Assembly (NCBI GenBank): GCA_051710285.1
Contig: JBPETD010000001.1
Span: 29,529-93,528 of the forward strand
DNA length: 64,000 nt
Direction: 5' to 3'
From: Wolbachia sp.
GTDB lineage: Bacteria > Pseudomonadota > Alphaproteobacteria > Rickettsiales > Anaplasmataceae
Position 1 is the stretch's first letter; each line of letters begins with the position of its first letter. The position numbers and the translations under genes are program-made. Shown here one piece after another: positions 59,676 through 64,000 of this stretch. The notes beneath the pieces were generated by a model. It was not told where the DNA came from. It searched no databases and saw nothing but the letters and a program-made list of their open reading frames with translations.

Positions 59676-60066
59676 TTATCCACTCAGGGGCGGTTTTAAG
59701 AAATGATAGATAAGAGGCTGTGGAAAGGATTTAGCCACTTTTGTATGTTAAGTACAACGAAATTATTCGCTCAAAGAATGTATTTACTCACTCCGATTGT
59801 GTAAAATATGAGTTTTGTGGTAAACAATGCTCCACCGCTTTAAATTTTTGTAAAATTCACTAAATGCCACAATTATCGACTGAACCTTTGCCCAAATATA
59901 TCTGATGTACACCTTCTGGTAATTTGCTACTTTTCACACTTTCGACAATGGCTATGCTCTAGCTGATATTTCACTATATATAGCTTAATTTCCGGAAGAT
60001 CAACTTTTTGATGAATATAAGGCTTTTCACATATTACAATCTCTCTCACGCATTCGCAAGCAGATA
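59676..60066 (-). mobile_element. IS66-family transposase remnant with a large internal deletion
   Basis: Minus fragments CECVREIVICEKPYIHQKVDLPEIKLYIVKYQLEH, SKLPEG, FYKNLKR joined to C-terminal NSYFTQS, ERIISLYLT, LNPFHSLLSIIS-stop; family recognised from memory of Wolbachia IS66 transposases. Confidence 0.75.
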
Positions 60067-60067
60067 A

Positions 60068-60251
60068 TACAGCCGTATGAACATTATGATTTGAGCCTAC
60101 CACTCCACTAGTGTTTCATGCCAGTGTTTGACACTGGCATTCAGGCATTTTATTAAGTTGGTGACTATAAAGTAGCTGTTTTATATTCAAATACGACGTT
60201 TTAATGATTATGGAAAGAATGAATCCCAGTATCTGAGCACTGTGATGACAT
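60068..60251 (-). mobile_element. MITE-like family A copy, inverted, one TIR at 60068-60086
   Basis: Reverse complement aligns to 55615-55792 including loop and WPE arms. Confidence 0.82.
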
Positions 60252-60278
60252 TATTTCCACTGAACAGATACAACTAAG

Positions 60279-61373
60279 TTATAAGTCAATGTTATTGGCC
60301 TGATTTTTTGCTTCTTTTCGTCGCTTATCTTCTTGCTTCTGAAAGGATCGTTCTTGTTTCGCTCGACTAACTCCTTGCCCAAGTACAGTAGGCAGCTTGC
60401 CCTTTCGAGTAAGCTGCTCTTCTGCTAAAGCAGATTGATTATCTTTACCAGCTCCCTTAACTGAAGTTTCTAGAATTTCACTAATCCTACTACTAATTTC
60501 ACAACCCCATTCTTTCTCCTTTTCATTATCAGGGTTATATAAAGTACACTTTCTGTTATTTGAAAAAAGACTTTTGACTGCATTTACTTCAGTGAATAAA
60601 AGTCCAACAACAGCAATACTTAGCATAATTGAGCCAGTGCCAAAGACTAATGTTATAAAAGCAAAAAGAGCAACAAGAAGTAAAGATTTACGTAAGAACG
60701 TTGTCACCATTTCTTCATCACTAAGTGGTTGCTCATCTTTTTCTTTACCTTTACCTAAAAATGGTACTTTTTCTTTTAGTCCACTCATCAGTGAGCAAGA
60801 AATGTTTTTAGGATCTAATTTTATTCCAAATGGCCATCCAGCAAGCTTTATAAGTGAGTCTTTAGCTTCTGTACCACATATATCATCTACACACTCATCA
60901 ATTACTTCTCTTATTTTATTATTCTCTAAATTCTCTTTGCTAGCTAAATTTTTTTCTCTAATTTTAGAGAATACGGAAATTAAAAACTGAAGGAAATTTT
61001 CTTCACTTAGTGACTTTATATCTTCTTGATCAACATTCTTGAATATATCTTTACTATTCTCAAGTATAAAAGTAAAAATTTTCTTTTCATTTTCATTCTG
61101 TAATCGAGGTATCCATTCTTTTAATAACTTCAGATCACCCAGTAATTTTTGTTTTTGTTCCTCTGAAAGTTTTTTTTGCATCCCCTTTGCTATTTCCTCT
61201 ATCTCCTGTTGTGTTTGCTTCTCTGGATTCTCTAAAGAATCTAGAAAAGCACAATAGATTAACTGATGTTTCCCCTTTTTAAAAATTTTCTTATCTTCAT
61301 CAGTTAACTGAACAGAAGGTCTAGAATTCTTTGTTTGTTGAGCTAATATTCCTGTCATAACTGACTTACTCAC
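60279..61373 (-). CDS. Hypothetical membrane protein (helical N-terminus, hydrophobic hairpin, charged tail)
   Basis: Intact 364-aa ORF; LLLVALFAFITLVFGTGSIMLSIAVVGLLF segment. Confidence 0.8.
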   Translation of the reverse strand: MSKSVMTGILAQQTKNSRPSVQLTDEDKKIFKKGKHQLIYCAFLDSLENPEKQTQQEIEEIAKGMQKKLSEEQKQKLLGDLKLLKEWIPRLQNENEKKIFTFILENSKDIFKNVDQEDIKSLSEENFLQFLISVFSKIREKNLASKENLENNKIREVIDECVDDICGTEAKDSLIKLAGWPFGIKLDPKNISCSLMSGLKEKVPFLGKGKEKDEQPLSDEEMVTTFLRKSLLLVALFAFITLVFGTGSIMLSIAVVGLLFTEVNAVKSLFSNNRKCTLYNPDNEKEKEWGCEISSRISEILETSVKGAGKDNQSALAEEQLTRKGKLPTVLGQGVSRAKQERSFQKQEDKRRKEAKNQANNIDL

Positions 61374-61408
61374 ATTTACATTACTTTAATTGTAGCATAT
61401 TTTTCATA

Positions 61409-63991
61409 TTAGTTTAAATGATTTATACTCTCGGGATTTGCAGTGTTTAAATCATAGTTAAGAAAATTTGAGCCACAGTTGTCGCTAATTTTTATTTCTA
61501 CTTCAAGTGGTACGGAAATTTTTACTGCATTTTCCATTACGTTTTTCACAAATTTTGCTGTTTCTTGCACCTTGTTTTCCTCTACTTCAATCAGTAGCTC
61601 ATTGTGAACTTGGAGAATCATTTTACCAGCTTTTAACTGATCATAAAGTCGAATCATTGCACTTTTTATTATATCAGCAGCAGTTCCCTGCACAGGTGCG
61701 TTTATCGCTGCCCTTTCTGCAAATTTCCTTAAGTAAGGGATTTTATTGTTTATGTTTTCTATAAAGCATCTTCTACCAAATAAAGTTTCTACATAGCCGT
61801 TCCGTCTCGCGATAGATATCTCCTTTTCCATATAGACCTTTATCTCTGGATAACAGGAAAAATAATAATCAATGTATTCGGCAACTTCCTCAACGGTAAT
61901 TTTAAACCGCCTTGCAAGGACAAATGGGCTAATGCCATATATAATGCCAAAATTAATGGATTTTGCCTTTTGTCTTAGCTGTTTATCTATTTCTGTACCT
62001 TCTCGCACTTTAAAAACTTGCCTTGCGGTGATATTGTGAATGTCTTGTCCATTTACAAAAGCCTCTTTAAATGCTGAAACATTCGCGATATGTGCCAAAA
62101 GTCTCAATTCTATTTGTGAATAATCTGCAGAAATTATCTTGTATCCTTTTGGTGTAATAAATGCTTGCCTGATAAAACTTCCCTCTTTACTTTTGATAGA
62201 AATACTCTGCAAATTAGGATTGCTGAAATTAAGACTACCTGTTGCAGTTGTTGAGAAGCTTGTGTGTACTCTATTAAGAAAGTCAACCCGCTTTATTAGT
62301 GCATCGGTATAGGTACACTTTAGCTTGCTTAAGTGTTGCCAATTTAAAATCTTACTTGTAATTTCAGCTCTTTCCATTTCAAGTTCTTCTAGTACTTCAG
62401 AGTTTGTGCTATACGACCCTGATTTTAACTTTTTCTTCTTATTAAGCCCCATTTTATTAAACAAAATATCACTTAATTGTTTTGGTGAAGTAATATTAAA
62501 TCTTTCCCCTGCTAAATTATATATATCATCCTTAAGCACAGTGAGTAACCGTTGAAATTTATCAGATAATTCCTGTAGTTTTTGAGTGTTTAATAATATT
62601 TCATTTTTCTCCATGTTGAGTATCGCTTTTATAAGCGGTTTATCGAAGCGCTCGTAAATTGTAAAAAGCTTTTCTTGAAACAATCTTTGTGTCAGCTTTT
62701 CATGAATTGCTATTAAAGTTTTTGCTGAGAAAACCTCTACATTTTTACTAAAATTATGTGCAATTATGCTTGAAATGCTGTGATCATGTTTTCCTGTGTC
62801 AAGGCTATATGACATTGTCATCAAATCATCAGCTGAGCCTAGCGCTTTTTCTATTGCAGAAAATGTTTTTCTGACTTGTCTAACATCATGTATTATTTTG
62901 AGAACTCCATTTAAAAACAAAACTAAGTTTATTCTGATTAGTGCATCTTGTAGGCAGTTTTGATCTATGTAGAAAATATCATCTTTACTGCAAGATAAGG
63001 AGATTTTACTGAGTACATTGTTTTCAAGATGGCAATAGATTGCGATTTTGCCTTCATATCTGCAGCGCTCCAAAAATTTTTCTAATTCTTCACTACTGTA
63101 TTCTAGTTTCTTTTCCGCACTGGGTTTATTATAGGAAAAAAGCTTCTCAGCTTTGTTTATCAATGAATTAAATTCATACTTCCTCAGAAAAGATAACAAT
63201 TTCTCCATATCTGGAGGATGAATTTCATATTTTGTAACATCATGTTGAAGATCTACTTTCTCGCATAGTAATAAAAGTTTTCGTGAAATTAGCGCTTCTT
63301 CCTTATGTTTGGTAAGAATATTACGTACCCTCGTTTGCTCAATGCTATTAATGTTTTCCAGAATATTCTCCAATGAACCAAATTCATTCAGCAATTTGGC
63401 CGCAGTCTTTGGGCCTACTCCTGGCACGCCAGGGATGTTATCAGATGCATCTCCAGTTAGAGAAAATAAATCAAGAAGCCTGTTTGAATTTACACCAAAT
63501 TTTCCTATTATTTGTTTTTCATCTATGTATATATTTTTGATAGGGTCATATATTAAAATATTGTGATTCAAGAGTTGAAACAAATCTTTATCTGACGTAA
63601 TTACTATTACTTTAAAGTCTTGGTGATTTGCGTATTTCGCAGCTAGTGTTGCAATTATGTCATCTGCTTCATAGCCCTCGATCTCTTCATAGCTGAGATT
63701 GAAAGCTTCTACTGCTTCTCTCAATATTGCAAACTGTGGAATCAAGTCCTCAGGAGGAGTTACCCTGTTTGCTTTATACTCGGGGTATAAATCGTGCCTG
63801 AAATTTTTTTTGCCAGAATCAAGTGCTATGGTCAAGTAATCTGAGTGAGTAATGTACTTAAGAACCATATTTAGAAAGCCATACACGCCACCTATTGACG
63901 TGCCGGTTGAGGTAATTAAATGAGGCAAAACGTAATAAGCTCTAAAAAGAAAGCCGTAACCATCGATGATTGTGAAAGTTTTTTCTTGCAT
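61409..63991 (-). CDS. polA: DNA polymerase I; 5' nuclease motifs intact, polymerase motifs degenerate
   Basis: DGYGFLFRAYY, YKANR, EADD, DKDL, GDASDNIPGV; motif A DYSQIELR; motif B KSINFGIIYG; motif C VHNEL. Confidence 0.95.
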   Translation of the reverse strand: MQEKTFTIIDGYGFLFRAYYVLPHLITSTGTSIGGVYGFLNMVLKYITHSDYLTIALDSGKKNFRHDLYPEYKANRVTPPEDLIPQFAILREAVEAFNLSYEEIEGYEADDIIATLAAKYANHQDFKVIVITSDKDLFQLLNHNILIYDPIKNIYIDEKQIIGKFGVNSNRLLDLFSLTGDASDNIPGVPGVGPKTAAKLLNEFGSLENILENINSIEQTRVRNILTKHKEEALISRKLLLLCEKVDLQHDVTKYEIHPPDMEKLLSFLRKYEFNSLINKAEKLFSYNKPSAEKKLEYSSEELEKFLERCRYEGKIAIYCHLENNVLSKISLSCSKDDIFYIDQNCLQDALIRINLVLFLNGVLKIIHDVRQVRKTFSAIEKALGSADDLMTMSYSLDTGKHDHSISSIIAHNFSKNVEVFSAKTLIAIHEKLTQRLFQEKLFTIYERFDKPLIKAILNMEKNEILLNTQKLQELSDKFQRLLTVLKDDIYNLAGERFNITSPKQLSDILFNKMGLNKKKKLKSGSYSTNSEVLEELEMERAEITSKILNWQHLSKLKCTYTDALIKRVDFLNRVHTSFSTTATGSLNFSNPNLQSISIKSKEGSFIRQAFITPKGYKIISADYSQIELRLLAHIANVSAFKEAFVNGQDIHNITARQVFKVREGTEIDKQLRQKAKSINFGIIYGISPFVLARRFKITVEEVAEYIDYYFSCYPEIKVYMEKEISIARRNGYVETLFGRRCFIENINNKIPYLRKFAERAAINAPVQGTAADIIKSAMIRLYDQLKAGKMILQVHNELLIEVEENKVQETAKFVKNVMENAVKISVPLEVEIKISDNCGSNFLNYDLNTANPESINHLN

Positions 63992-64000
63992 TGTGGATAT

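Noticed and set aside
600..63566. Many 60-190 aa ORFs antisense to or overlapping housekeeping genes (e.g. 600-1121, 4595-5161, 50072-50587, 53147-53593, 60574-60990)
   Set aside because: Shadow frames of real genes with no motifs of their own
1..64000. tRNA, rRNA, prophage WO structural genes, cif loci
   Set aside because: No supporting motifs seen by eye; a covariance-model scan would be needed to exclude small RNAs formally

Overview
AT-rich DNA from a genome-reduced Wolbachia (Rickettsiales). Gene content, the enlarged S6 and WPE palindromes support the genus; the heavy pseudogene load resembles filarial-nematode-type strains, but I cannot name the strain. About 26 intact genes, mostly housekeeping (sucB, secA, nrdB, bamE, miaB, ileS, alaS, dnaE, rpsF-rpsR-rplI, nuoG-nuoH, purA, prfB, mgtE, pdhB, secG-pyrG-tadA, an MFS transporter, def-udg, ftsA, an ABC exporter, polA), are interleaved with roughly a quarter of the window as decayed genes (NB-ARC/TPR, ankyrin, radC, IS66 transposase, coiled-coil proteins). 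No rRNA, tRNA or CRISPR was seen. Main observations: (1) a full-length polA has lost the motif C catalytic Asp (HDE to HNE) and the motif 2 Arg while keeping an intact 5' nuclease; (2) a 228-bp MITE-like element with 19-bp terminal inverted repeats and a 9-bp target duplication inserts into a WPE palindrome arm and itself carries a WPE; (3) a dispersed modular 150-350 bp intergenic family has shared ends and an inward sigma70-like promoter, a candidate sRNA family; (4) a heme-copper oxidase-like protein has a non-canonical active site; (5) WPEs are translated in frame inside ileS (twice), alaS, dnaE and udg; (6) prfB has the classic +1 frameshift.
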